In this document: piece after piece, positions 31,310-42,402 of the stretch
How the letters are laid out: every line of letters begins with the position of its first letter
Position numbering within the stretch: position 1 is the stretch's first letter
Assembly: GCF_009914755.1 (NCBI RefSeq)
Contig: NC_060934.1
Strand: one strand, 5' to 3'
Length of the DNA stretch: 64,000 nt
Origin: the human T2T-CHM13v2.0 reference genome, Homo sapiens
Notes under the pieces: model-generated
Seen by the model: the letters and a program-made list of their open reading frames with translations, nothing else
The model's database searches: none
What the model was told of the DNA's origin: nothing
Made by a program: the position numbers and the translations under genes

Positions 31310-32170
31310 TTTATTTCATTAATGAATTCATTTGACAAATGACTATTGAGATATTTCTGTTCTGGTCTGCAGAATAAAGCAGTGAACAAGATGGTAAACT
31401 ACCTGTTTCTGGTTGGAATAGGGCAGGATACCAAAAATAAACAAACAGAAGAAATGAAGACATCAATGATGAGGGTGAAGTGTTGTGGGGCCGGAGAGCA
31501 TGAGGGGTGGGTGACTGGGAGCACTTCAGGTGGAAAGGGACTGAGTTGACATTTGGTGGGGGCAGGTTTTTGAGTGGCTGCAGTGAGCTGGTGATAAAGA
31601 TCTCCTCATCACACCCACACATCCAATTAGTAACAGTGTCAGTTTGCTCCTGTGCCCATCTCATTGCCACCGCCCTGGTCCACGGCCCCATATTCTCACC
31701 TGGGTTCCTACCACAGCCTGTAGGGTGGGCCCTCTGCTCAGTCGCTGACCCTCCCATCCCACTTGCTTCTGGCAGAGCGCGCTTCCAAAACACAGATCTG
31801 TTCTGGCCCCGCCCCTGCTTACGGCCCTTTTTGGCCTCTGTGGCCCTCAGAATCAAGTCCAGATGCTCTGGCCTGGCGCATATGCACGATGGGGACCTGC
31901 TGGGGCCACCCAAATGGGCCCTTGCAGCAGTGAGACTGAGCCACATGCAGGTCCTCAGATCACTGTGGGCTCCGTCCCTGCCCTGGCTGTAGCACATGCT
32001 GCTCCTGCCCCCTCCTGTGTTCTGCTCCACCCCAGTCTCACCCTGACATTCCCATATCTCCTGCTTTTACCCCTCTTTGGTGTTTGCTTATCACTGCACC
32101 CCAGAACCTCATCCAGTCCCTGGCATGTAGAGGACCCTCACTGGTTCTTTGAGAAATGCATAAATTCAGT
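31310..32170. mobile_element. L2 fragments (31310-31520 minus; ~31600-32170 plus)
   Basis: L2 3'-end motifs ttcattaatgaattcatttgacaaat and cctggcatgtagaggaccctca; highly diverged. Confidence 0.55.
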
Positions 32171-32294
32171 GTTGGTTCCTGCGAAGAGTCTTCCTTGAAA
32201 ATGCTTTCAGGAGGCTGTGCTGTCCCTGGCAGGGCAAGGCGCTTTGTAGCAGGATTTTCCCCTCTTATGGTGGTTCTTTAGAAAGGCCATTACT

Positions 32295-32564
32295 TGGCTA
32301 TGCCTGTAATCTCAGCACTTTGGGAGGCTGAGGCAGGTGAATCACGAGGTCAGGAGATAGATACCATCCTGGTTAACATGGTGAAACCCCATCTCTACTA
32401 AAAATACAAAAAAAAAAAAAAAAGCCAGGCATGGTGGCACGGGCCTGTAGTCCCAGCTACTCGGGAGGCTGAGCAGAAGAATCGCTGGAACCAGGGAGGC
32501 AGAGGTTGCAATGAGCCAAGATGATGCCACTGCCTTCAGCCTGGGCGACAGAGCAAGACTTCGT

Positions 32565-32595
<31 letters not shown>
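32295..32595 (+). mobile_element. AluS SINE, slightly 5'-truncated
   Basis: Alu dimer with ~30-nt poly(A); TSD AAAGGCYATTRC. Confidence 0.92.
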
Positions 32596-32598
<3 letters not shown>

Positions 32599-32920
32599 TA
32601 TTGCAAGATCCAGGCATATACATAGTAAACCATAGATACCACATCAATGATTGATGGGAATTTACTAAACAGAATGCCATTTAGGATACGATGAAATCAT
32701 GCCTAGTGTAACATCTGCCTTCTTAAAAACAAATTCAGAGTATCATTAAAAAAAAAAGTACAAGAAAAATAAGACCATATGTAGAAGTTTGTAACTAAGA
32801 ACATATGTCAGTGAAAAGAAAACCTAATAGCATATTTTATTACTAATTGTTTAAATCAATATGTAATACATAAGCCTTTTGTCCCAAATGCTGTTGCCTT
32901 CCATAGCATCTAAAAATAAA

Positions 32921-33320
32921 TACCATCTTTCATTGAATCTAAGACTCCATCAATCATAAGATGAGCTGTTATTTTATGTACAGCACTGCCCCGCTCATTC
33001 ACCCTCCTATTCTTTTCTGCCTGCTTCTGGCAGCCAGATCATTCTTCCAAAACACAGATCTGATTAGGCCCAATCCCTGCTTGTGGCCCTTTGGTGGCTT
33101 CTGGGGTCCTCAGAATTAAGTCCAGATGCTGTGGCCTGGCACCCATGCCCTGCACTGTGGGAATCCTCTGTGTCCTCCCACTCGGCCCTTGTGGCAGTGA
33201 GACCCAGCCATCTGCAGGTCCTCAGATCGCCATGCGCCCCTTTCCTTATTTTATGCACTATCAATAAAGAAAAATATGCTGCCAATTAACTGTGACCCCT
33301 GATTGTAAAGCATTATGACT
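32921..33320. mobile_element. MER104-like Tc2 DNA transposon fossil split by a ~258-bp insertion
   Basis: ccatctttcattgaatctaagactccatcaatcataagatg…ttattttatg | insert | ttattttatg…aagaaaaatatgctgccaattaactgtgac matches recalled consensus. Confidence 0.6.
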
Positions 33321-33375
33321 GCCCTGCCTCTTCACCTCCACCAGGAGAGTCTGAACATAGAGTTTCTCTCTAGAA

Positions 33376-33599
33376 TAGTGGTTCTCAACTGGGGGTGCTT
33401 TTGCTTCCCCCTTGCCCGAGGGGATGTGGGCAATGTCTAGAGACATTTTCACTTGTCACAACTGGGGTACTGGTGGTACTGGCATCTCGTGGGTAGAGCT
33501 CAGGGTTGCTGCCAAATCTCCTCCAATGCACAGGGCAACTTTCAACAACCGAGAGTCATCAGCCCAAAATGCCAGTAGCACCAGTGTTGAGAAATGGTG
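33376..33599 (+). mobile_element. MER20 hAT-Charlie DNA transposon
   Basis: tagtggttctcaactggggg…gttgagaaatggtg; 8-bp TSD CTCTAGAA at 33368-33375 and 33600-33607. Confidence 0.9.
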
Positions 33600-33739
33600 C
33601 TCTAGAATGTACAAGAATTGCTTGCACATCTCCTCCAATGCACAGGGCAACTTTCAACAACCAAGAGTCATCAGCCCAAAATGCCAGTAGCACCAGTGTT
33701 GAGAAACGGTGCTCTAGAACGTACAAGAATTGCTTGCAC
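33516..33739. repeat. 112-bp tandem duplication (2 copies)
   Basis: 33516-33627 vs 33628-33739, 3 mismatches. Confidence 0.95.
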
Positions 33740-35422
33740 TTTTTGTATTCTGCCGCCATGAGTACTATCATCTTCTGGATTTTCTTTGCTTTTTTTTCTG
33801 TAGAGCATTGATCTTAAGCACTGGGCCCATTCAGAATGCATATATGAAAACTCTAACAAAGCATTTTAGGAGCCTCCGTGAGTTGGAGCCATGATTTATT
33901 TCAATAAATTAAACTAAGCTCTGCACAAGCCTTTATTTCTCCCACTCTAGTATAAAACCAGAAAATGCACTTAGACACATTCTGCATTTTAATTATACTT
34001 TCAGAGGATATAACAGTTGTATGAATTAAGAAGCAGTAAAATTAAATCGATTTTTCCATACATGCAGAAAGATGCAGGACTTAATGTGCATTATAATTAG
34101 GGACAATGAAATCAATTGTAGAATTTGTTTCAAAGTCACTAAAACCCTAAATTATATTGAACTGCCAACCTCTTCCAGCTTGTCACTTGTTTCCTTAAAA
34201 TCAGTCTAACACCTGTTTAAGTCCTGCTTTTGGCAAGCTGCTAAACCCAGTAGCAATAAAGCTGGCCCTTGTAAGAAGTTTTTTGGTATGACAACAGGAA
34301 ACTCTGGGAATAAGAAAAGGCCTCCTCTGATATTTTCAGTCCAAAATATGCCTGATTTGACGTACTGAACTTCTGAGGGGTGATTCAGAAAGTGTCTCAA
34401 ACACTTTAGCATTGACAAATGAGAAGCAAAAGTCAAAAACAAAAAGGAAAGAAAGAAAGAAAGAAATTGCTCACTCTTGGTCTCACACTGATGTTAGGAG
34501 GAAACGTGTGAAGAGGGCTTGGGTAACTCTAAGACAGTTACCTCATGACAAAGAAGAGGGTCAACGTTCCATGAGAAGTCTGGCAAATTCCAGGATGGAG
34601 CTGGGTGCTGACCTTCGCTTTTGGTGTGGACAGTTGGTCTTTGCACATTCTAATTGCACCCTAAATACTCATTGTAGACATCACACATCAGAAGTAGCAC
34701 CAAGAGATGGTCCAGTGCCAGGCAAACCCTCATGATCTTGTACCAGACAGAATCCTTTTGAGGTTCCTGACACTCCGTTCCCATTTCTGCCCTCCATCGT
34801 GTGTGACAGGTAGTCACCTATGATTTTAAACATCCAGAGCACAGTTTTCTTTCTCTCCTCCCCACAATTAAAACCTGGTTGAAAGAAATATCTTGCATTA
34901 GTCATTTGCAGCAGAGGGTGACGCTGCTGATGGTTGGGACGTTCTGATCCTAGACCCTAATTAGAGTGGTGAAAGTCTCTGCTTCTCATTGAGGAAGTCA
35001 AGCCTCTATTAATGATTTGGGAAGGAAGCTGAGATGCTGAGGTCTTGGCCCTGCCTCAGAAGTCAGGGCCATTTACGTAACCTGAGCCCCATCCCTGCTC
35101 TCTCCCAAAGGTATGCACAGCTGCTTCCTGGGTGCTGCTTTTAATAAGCTCAGAATTAAAAAGCAAATCCTGCTATTTGAGCCTTCACTGAGTGCTCCAG
35201 GAAGACAAGAGATAGGGGTCGAGGGCATCTTGTTCACTCCAAGTCCCCTGCATCTGGCACAGGTCCTAGTATGTGGGTGATGACCAAACAATATGGATCC
35301 AATGAGTAAATGGTAGACTGAACGCCTCTTGAGCTAAACATTGTGATTGATTCACATGGCATAGGTTACTTTCAAAGGCAGGAGGTGTTCCTGTGGGCAG
35401 GCCCAGGCCTTGAAAACTTAAT

Positions 35423-35424
<2 letters not shown>

Positions 35425-35469
<45 letters not shown>

Positions 35470-35841
35470 TTTGTATTTTGGTAGGTCTTTGGGGAACAGG
35501 TGGTGTTTGGTTACATGAATAAGTTCTTCAGTGGTGATTTCTGAGATTTTGGTGCACCCATCACTTAAGCAGTGTACAGCTGCTTCCTGTGCACTCACTG
35601 TGTAGTCTTGTACCCTTCATTTTGTCCCAAACTTTCCCTCAAGTCCTCAAAGTCCATTGTATCATTCTTATGCCTTTGCATCCTCATAGCTTAGCTCCCA
35701 CTTATAAGTGAGAAAATACGATGTTTGGTTTTCCATTCCTGAGTTACTTCACTTAGAATAATGGTCTCCAATTCCATCCAGGTGGCTGCAAATGCCATTA
35801 TTTCTATCCTTTTTATGGTTGGGTTATATATATATGGTTGG

Positions 35842-35909
<68 letters not shown>

Positions 35910-36775
35910 ACATTTTCTTTATCCATGTGATCCATGTGTTTATTGATGGGCATTTGGGCTGGTTTCATATTCTTGCAATTACAAATTGTGCTGCTATAAA
36001 CATACGTGTGTAAATATCTTTTTCATATATTGACTTCCTTTCCTCTGGGTAGATACCCAGGAGTGGGATTGCTGGATCAAACGGTAGTTCTACTTTTAGT
36101 TCTTTAAGGAGTCTCCACACTGTTTTCACTGTGGTAGTACTAGTTCACATTCCCACCAACACTGTAAAAGTGTTCCCTTTTCACCACACCGATGCCAACA
36201 TCTATTATGTTTTGATTTTGGCCATTCTTGCAGGAGTACAGTGGAATCGCATTGTAGTTTTGATTTGCATTTCCCTGATTATTAGTGATATTGAGTATTT
36301 TTTCACATGCTTCTTGGCCATTTGTGGGTCTTCTTTTGAGAATTGTCTATTCATGCCCTTAGCCCACTTTTTGATGGGATTGTTTGGTTTTTTTTCTTGC
36401 TTATTTGTTTGAGTTTCTTGTAGATTTTGGATATTATTCCTTTGTCAGATATACAGATTGCAAAGATTTTCTCCCATGCTGTGGGTTGTCTGTTTACTCT
36501 ACTGATAATTTCTTTTGCTGTGCAGAAGCGTTTTAGTTTAATTAAGTCCAATCTATTTATCTTTGTTTTTGTGGCATTTGCTTTTGGGTTCTTGGTCATG
36601 AAGTCTTTGCTTAAGCTAATGTCTAGAAGGGTTTTTCTAATGTTATCTTCTAGAATTTTTATGGTTTCAGGTCTTAGATTTACGTCTTTGATCCATCTTG
36701 AGTTGATTTTTTGTATATGGTGAGAGATAAGAATCTAGTTTCCTTTCTCTACATGTGGGTTGCCAATTACACCAG
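35425..36775 (-). mobile_element. 5'-truncated L1 (L1PB-like) with (ATTT)n tail and internal (TA)n
   Basis: Reverse L1 3'UTR and ORF2 end ([30 protein letters not shown]); 14-bp TSD TGAAAACTTAATTT at 35411-35424 and 36776-36789. Confidence 0.92.
35846..35906. repeat. (TA)~30 microsatellite
   Basis: Perfect dinucleotide run inside the L1. Confidence 0.97.
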
Positions 36776-36984
36776 TGAAAACTTAATTTTAAGTCGTTTC
36801 TACTCTGTAATCTTTATTACTATGTATGAGGGGTGATCATTCTTTGGTCAGTGGTCAGTGTTAGGAGAGAGGTTCCTAACCCTATTCATGATGCCAAGTG
36901 TTTGTGTTTGGGGAAGGAAGGCCAGTGGGATTACATTTGAGGAGGAGCTGCATTCAAGACTTTCAGTGATTGTTTACTGAACAC

Positions 36985-37360
36985 CTACTGTACCAGTCTT
37001 CTGCTACCAATAGTCCCCAAAACTCAGTGACTTAACAACAGCCATTTATCATGGCTCCTGAATCTGCATGCTGGGGTGGCTGATCTAGGTTGGCCTGTCT
37101 GGGCAGCTCTTCTCCATGAGTTTCTTGTCTTCCTGGGATCAGCAACCTGACATGGGCATGTTCTTCTCAGGGCAATAACAGACGTGCAAGAGAGCAAGTG
37201 CCTTTCATACCTTTTGTAGCATTATGTCTGGCTGAGATCTATACACCAAAACAAGTTACGTGGCCATCCTCAAAGTGGAAGGGTGGGAAAGTACACTCTG
37301 CATGGAGAGGGGAGACAGGAGGGAGTGAATATGTCTGAACAAGGATCTCATCTATCAGCC
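36985..37360 (-). mobile_element. MLT1 (G/H-like) MaLR LTR
   Basis: ccccaaaactcagtgacttaacaacagccattt…catgggcatgttcttctca…caaaacaagttacgtggcc. Confidence 0.7.
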
Positions 37361-37761
37361 CAAATACATGCCAGAAATATCCCATTAGCCTCATTCATGA
37401 TAAGACTTTGTACTCTTTGCTCCCTTTATGAACCTTGTCCTATGAATGAGTGAATGCATGGATGCTGTGAGGACGATGGCAGAGGTGAGAAGAGCTGTCA
37501 TCTGTCCAGCTTCCATCTGCCTGGGGGTGAGATGATTTGGATTGGTTATAGGTGTATGTCTAAACCAGAAGTTGTTATCTTGGAGGGAGGCCCATTATTA
37601 TTATTTTGTATTCAGCCTGGGGTATGTTAGTCAAATTTTTTCAGTTACAATCACTAGTTTGTATAAAGGGAGTGTGGGAGCTGGTGTATGTAAATGGGGA
37701 ATCGAAGGAGAGAAATCAGTTTCAAGCATGGTTGGAGCCAAAAGTTTAAACAATATCATCA

Positions 37762-38110
37762 CCTCTCATTTTCTCTCTCTCTATCTCTGTTTCTCTCTCT
37801 CTGTGTCTCTCTTTCTCTCTCCTTCTCTGTCTCTCTCTCTCTCTATGTCTTCATCTTTCCCTTTCCCCCTCCATCCTTCCAACTCTCTCTACTTCTCTCT
37901 CTACCTCTTTCTCTCCACCTCTCCATTTCCTTCTCTCTCCCCACCTCTCCGTTTGTCTCTCTCCCCCTCCATATCTCTCTTGCCTCCTCTCCCTCTCTCT
38001 CTTTCTCTTCCTCTCCATCTCTCCCTCTCTCTCTCCCCCTCTTCATCTATCTCTCTCTCTCTCCCTCTTGCTCCCCTCCCTCCTTTTCCCTCTCCTCTCC
38101 ATCTCTCAGT
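37762..38110. repeat. CT-rich polypyrimidine low-complexity tract, probably within an old MLT1 LTR (~37625-38200)
   Basis: ~350 bp nearly all C/T on the + strand. Confidence 0.9.
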
Positions 38111-38204
38111 TCTGGCTTCTGGTGTACGCTTCCTTATCAGGCAGGCTTTCTCAATGCAGTTGTACAGGTGCTTTCTGGCATCTCCAGGCATACCTAGTCC
38201 ATAA

Positions 38205-40770
38205 TGATGTAATTTTTCAAAGCTTTAGTTTCATTGCAGTTAATGGTGCACCATATTTAAGGAATCAAATCTTTCTAAGGGGCATTTTTACAAAAACAGC
38301 AGTCTCTGCTTCTTGTTCAGTTTCCTCCCCCGGAGTCATCACTTTCAAACTTTTAAGCTGATTACCTTACTATTCTTTCTAAATTATATAGTACATTTTG
38401 ATTTTTAATTTTTCATCATGTCTTGAATTCCTTCTATAGAAGTTAGGCAATTCACCTCACCACAGAAATATACCCTTCCCTAAACCCAGCTCCCACTATA
38501 GTTAAATTATTCTATTGTTAGATTATTATTTGGTAATGACATTATTATAACCATGTAAATACTACTACAAGCTGAGTCAAGTGGTTAACTGTGAAATACA
38601 CACTTCTTTTTTGTGTATAATACTGTTTCATTGGAGTGAATACATGTTCCTCTTTTTTCTTTTCTTTTGCTTAGTTTTCTATGGATTTATCACTAATTCA
38701 ATCCCAAGTTCTCTAATTTTCTGATTCTCCACTCAAGACGTTCAGACATTCTATGGCTTTCATACTTCTGCAGAAGTGTCTCCCAGAGTTTTCTAACCCA
38801 CAGCAATATGGATCTGTTGCCCTCTAGGTCTTGTGTGCACTTCTCATTGGAGATCTTTCTTTGCTGTCATCCTGAAGTTTTTCTTTTGTTTCCTGTATTC
38901 ATGGCCTGTTTATGTGTATCTCATGTTTTTCTCTTTATTGGTTTATGTACTTATTTTGTTGGAGTACATCCTGAAGTAGCTTCCTGAGAAAGGGTTGGGG
39001 GAAGTATAATTTTGAGATCTTACATATTTGAAAATATTTATTATAGTATTAATGGAGAGTAATACATTCTGGTTATTCTTGAATCATTGGGAATAAATTC
39101 TTGATTAAAAATATTTTTTTTCTCCAGGGTTTTGAAGACATTGTTCCATTGTCTTCTAAGCTCCCAGGGTTATTTTTAAGAAGTCCAAAGTGTTTCTGAC
39201 TTCTGAGACTCTGTAGGTCATCTGGAAGCTGGTAGGATCCAATTTGCTGAAATTTTATGAGATGTACCTTGGTTTGGGTTGAATGTTATTCATTGTGCTG
39301 GAAACTTGATTAGTCCTTTCCATCTGGAAAGTCACAGCCTTGTGTTATGGGACATGATACTGATTTTTTTTTTTATTGATAATTCCTTCCCCCCTCATTT
39401 TTCTATTCTTGTTTGTAGAATTCTTTTGTTTCTGTGTTGGACCTGTTAAACTATTCTTATTTTTTTATTATCTTAATTTTCTCTCATTTTTTTTTTCTCT
39501 GATATCTGGGAGATTTATTTAACCTTATCTTTTAATTCTTCTAAGGTTTTAAAAATCATTTTATTTTTTCATGAGCTTTTTCTGAGTCCTCAATGTTTCT
39601 CTTTTATAGCTTTCTTTTCTTATTTGTAGATACAATATCTCAGTATCTTCCCTTTTCGTGAACAATATTAAGGTGTTTCTTTTTAAGGTTTTCTTCTCCT
39701 ATGTTTTCTCTTACTTCCTTTGAGTTATTTTTTTCTGCATGTTTTGGTCTCCATTTTTCATGATAAATTACTATGGCTATGGAGTTCTTATCTTCTTTGT
39801 TTTTGTTAGATTATAACTTCATAAATATCCTTCATTCATTTTAGTGTGTCTCTGGGTTGTCTGCTTAAAAGTGGACACTAAAAAGCCCATGGCAGGATTT
39901 TGTGTGTTATTGGGAATTGTCAACTGTGGACTTCTGTGTACTGCAGTTGGCTGAGATATTTTTACTAGAAATCTTAACGTCTGTATCTGTAGATTTTTCC
40001 TCTTGGGCCTCTCATAGGAGGATCTTCCATTGACTTGTCTTGAAGTTTAAGACCTGTCTGGCAGTGTGCTGAGAGTTGTGTCAAGGAAGAGATCCATGAG
40101 TCTTGGCATTGAGTGTAATCCTTATTCAATCTTTGTTTTTGGAAAGATACTCTTTCATTTCACTATACCTGATTCCTTCTCTTTACCTTCTCCTTAGAAT
40201 AAACCTTTCTGACTAGATGCAGTGGCTCACACCTGTAACCCCAACTCTTCGGTAGGCCAACGCAGGAGGATCGTCGCTTGAGTCCAGGAGTTTGAGTTCG
40301 AGACCAGCCTGGACAACACAGTGAGACTCTGTCTCTACAAAAAAATTAAAAAATTAGCTGAGTATGATGGCACATGGTCCTAGCTACTTGGAGGCTGAGG
40401 CGGGAAAATCACTTGAACCTAGGAGGTTAAGGCTGCAGTGGGCCATCATCATGCCACTGCACTTCAGCCTGGGCAACAGAGGGAGATCCTGTCTCAAAAA
40501 TAAAAAATAAAAATAATAAACCTGTCATCTCCTGCCAATTCTAGAGAGTAGACAGTGTCTGGCAATGGGAAGTTGGGAGAGGATGTGCTATTGATTGAGT
40601 TGATTCTTAAACAAATTTCCACTTAACCCTCCATTTTGGTACCATCTTCACTACATGCAAAAATAACTTGAGTCTTTTGGGGGTATTTCAGTAAGCACCT
40701 TTCTCAGATCCACTTGATCAATTGTTTATCACTTAATAAAATCCTTCTGCATTCTTTTTGGGTTCCTGCA
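38205..40770 (-). mobile_element. Old L1 (L1M-type) remnant
   Basis: T-rich degenerate reverse LINE sequence; subfamily not assignable. Confidence 0.5.
40211..40517 (+). mobile_element. AluJ SINE
   Basis: AluJ diagnostics (gaggatc…gcttgagtccaggag; ggttaaggctgcagtg); TSD ~AATAAACCT. Confidence 0.9.

Positions 40771-40773
<3 letters not shown>

Positions 40774-40811
<38 letters not shown>
40774..40811. repeat. (GT)19 microsatellite
   Basis: Perfect dinucleotide run ~1.5 kb upstream of the NPS TATA box. Confidence 0.98.
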
Positions 40812-40814
<3 letters not shown>

Positions 40815-41589
40815 AGCTAAAACAACCAAAAGTAAATATGTGTGTTCAGTCCCTTTGTGCTCTTAGGCCCTTTGTCTCCTAATATCCACACTATGTCCCA
40901 TAAGAACACTGATCAAAGTAGTTTGGATCACTTCCTCAGCCCCTCAACTTGGCTCTAATCCTGTGAGCTTGGTTCTCTTGAGAGTCCAGGTCATCTGCTT
41001 TTCCTTGTGATGGCAAACTGTGACTGTATGATTGACAGCTACATAAAAATCATGCAAATGGCAGTTCCCCAAAGAAAGAAATGCAGTGCCAACAAATTGG
41101 CAGCAACTGTCCCAGACACAGGGCAGCTTTGTCCTCCAAAAGGTGCTGATCTCGAGGAGGCACGGATTATCCTTGGTTGCTTTGTATTCAAAAACTGTTG
41201 GCATCATCTCAGAAACACTAGTTATCCAAGCAGAAAGCACCTCCCTTGGTGTTTTTCTCCATTGTAAGCCTCAGCAACATCTGTTCATACTTAGAGCTCC
41301 TGAATCCATTTATTAATGCAGATGCCCATTGAAGTGCAAGGACAGCAAAGGCTGCCTGAAGAAATTCCATACCCTGGGGAGAAAAAGGAAGCCATGAAAA
41401 GCAGGCTCTCCCAGAACTGTGGGCCTGGGACTTTGGGAGCCCGTGGGACTTTTGGGAGTACATGGCATGGACAGGGGATACACAGTGTCCTTCCTTTATT
41501 TCGATGACTAGCGGAAAAGGTGTGACATTTATTTTCCTGCTTTAACTGCTGAAGTCCTAAAGGAAAGAAATCTAAGGTAGAAAATGTAA

Positions 41590-41967
<378 letters not shown>

Positions 41968-42303
41968 TAAGTATTTCTTTTGTGTTAGTTTCTGAAACAT
42001 AATGTCTGGGACATTCAAGGAAAGAATGTCATCCTTCTTAAAGGTTTAAATTCTAAGCTAAAAAAACCTTTTGTTTCCTTTTGAGACCTCTGGCCACCCA
42101 TGCCACAATGATGCAGTCTCGAAGACAATGGTTTTGAAGGACATTCTTAATGGCAAACTTTAAATGAAGTCGATCATTGGCAGCTCAATGACAATGCCCA
42201 TATGTTATGTCCTTTTCTTCTTAACAAGAACAAAAGGCCACAGCCAGAACAATTAGTCATATAGGAGGGATGAGATGACATTTTTACTCCCGAACTTTTC
42301 TGG

Positions 42304-42310
42304 TATAAAA
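42304..42310 (+). promoter_or_regulatory. NPS: TATA box of NPS
   Basis: Canonical TATAAAA(G) 91 nt upstream of the NPS ATG; implies a TSS near 42335. Confidence 0.75.
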
Positions 42311-42394
42311 GGGCCACCCAATGAGGGTCTGACAGTAAGTGTGAGAAATTTGGCAATAAAACCACCTATCTTTACAGATTTTGGGAAGTCCAAA

Positions 42395-42402
42395 ATGATT
42401 AG
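42395..42402 (+). CDS. NPS: NPS coding exon 1 (ATGATTAG, 8 nt)
   Basis: caaaATG (A at -3) followed by donor AG|GTAAAA; 112-nt intron 1. Confidence 0.93.

Noticed and set aside
31311-32030. 239-aa (-) and 161-aa (+) ORFs
   Set aside because: GC-rich L2-derived sequence with no domain or splice support
37542-38204. 220-aa and overlapping Ser/Leu- or Arg/Glu-rich ORFs
   Set aside because: Artefact of the stop-poor CT tract
42321-42332. Upstream ATG (M-R-V-stop) before NPS
   Set aside because: Only 17 nt from the start of the TATA box, so upstream of the expected TSS (~42335) and probably not in the mRNA
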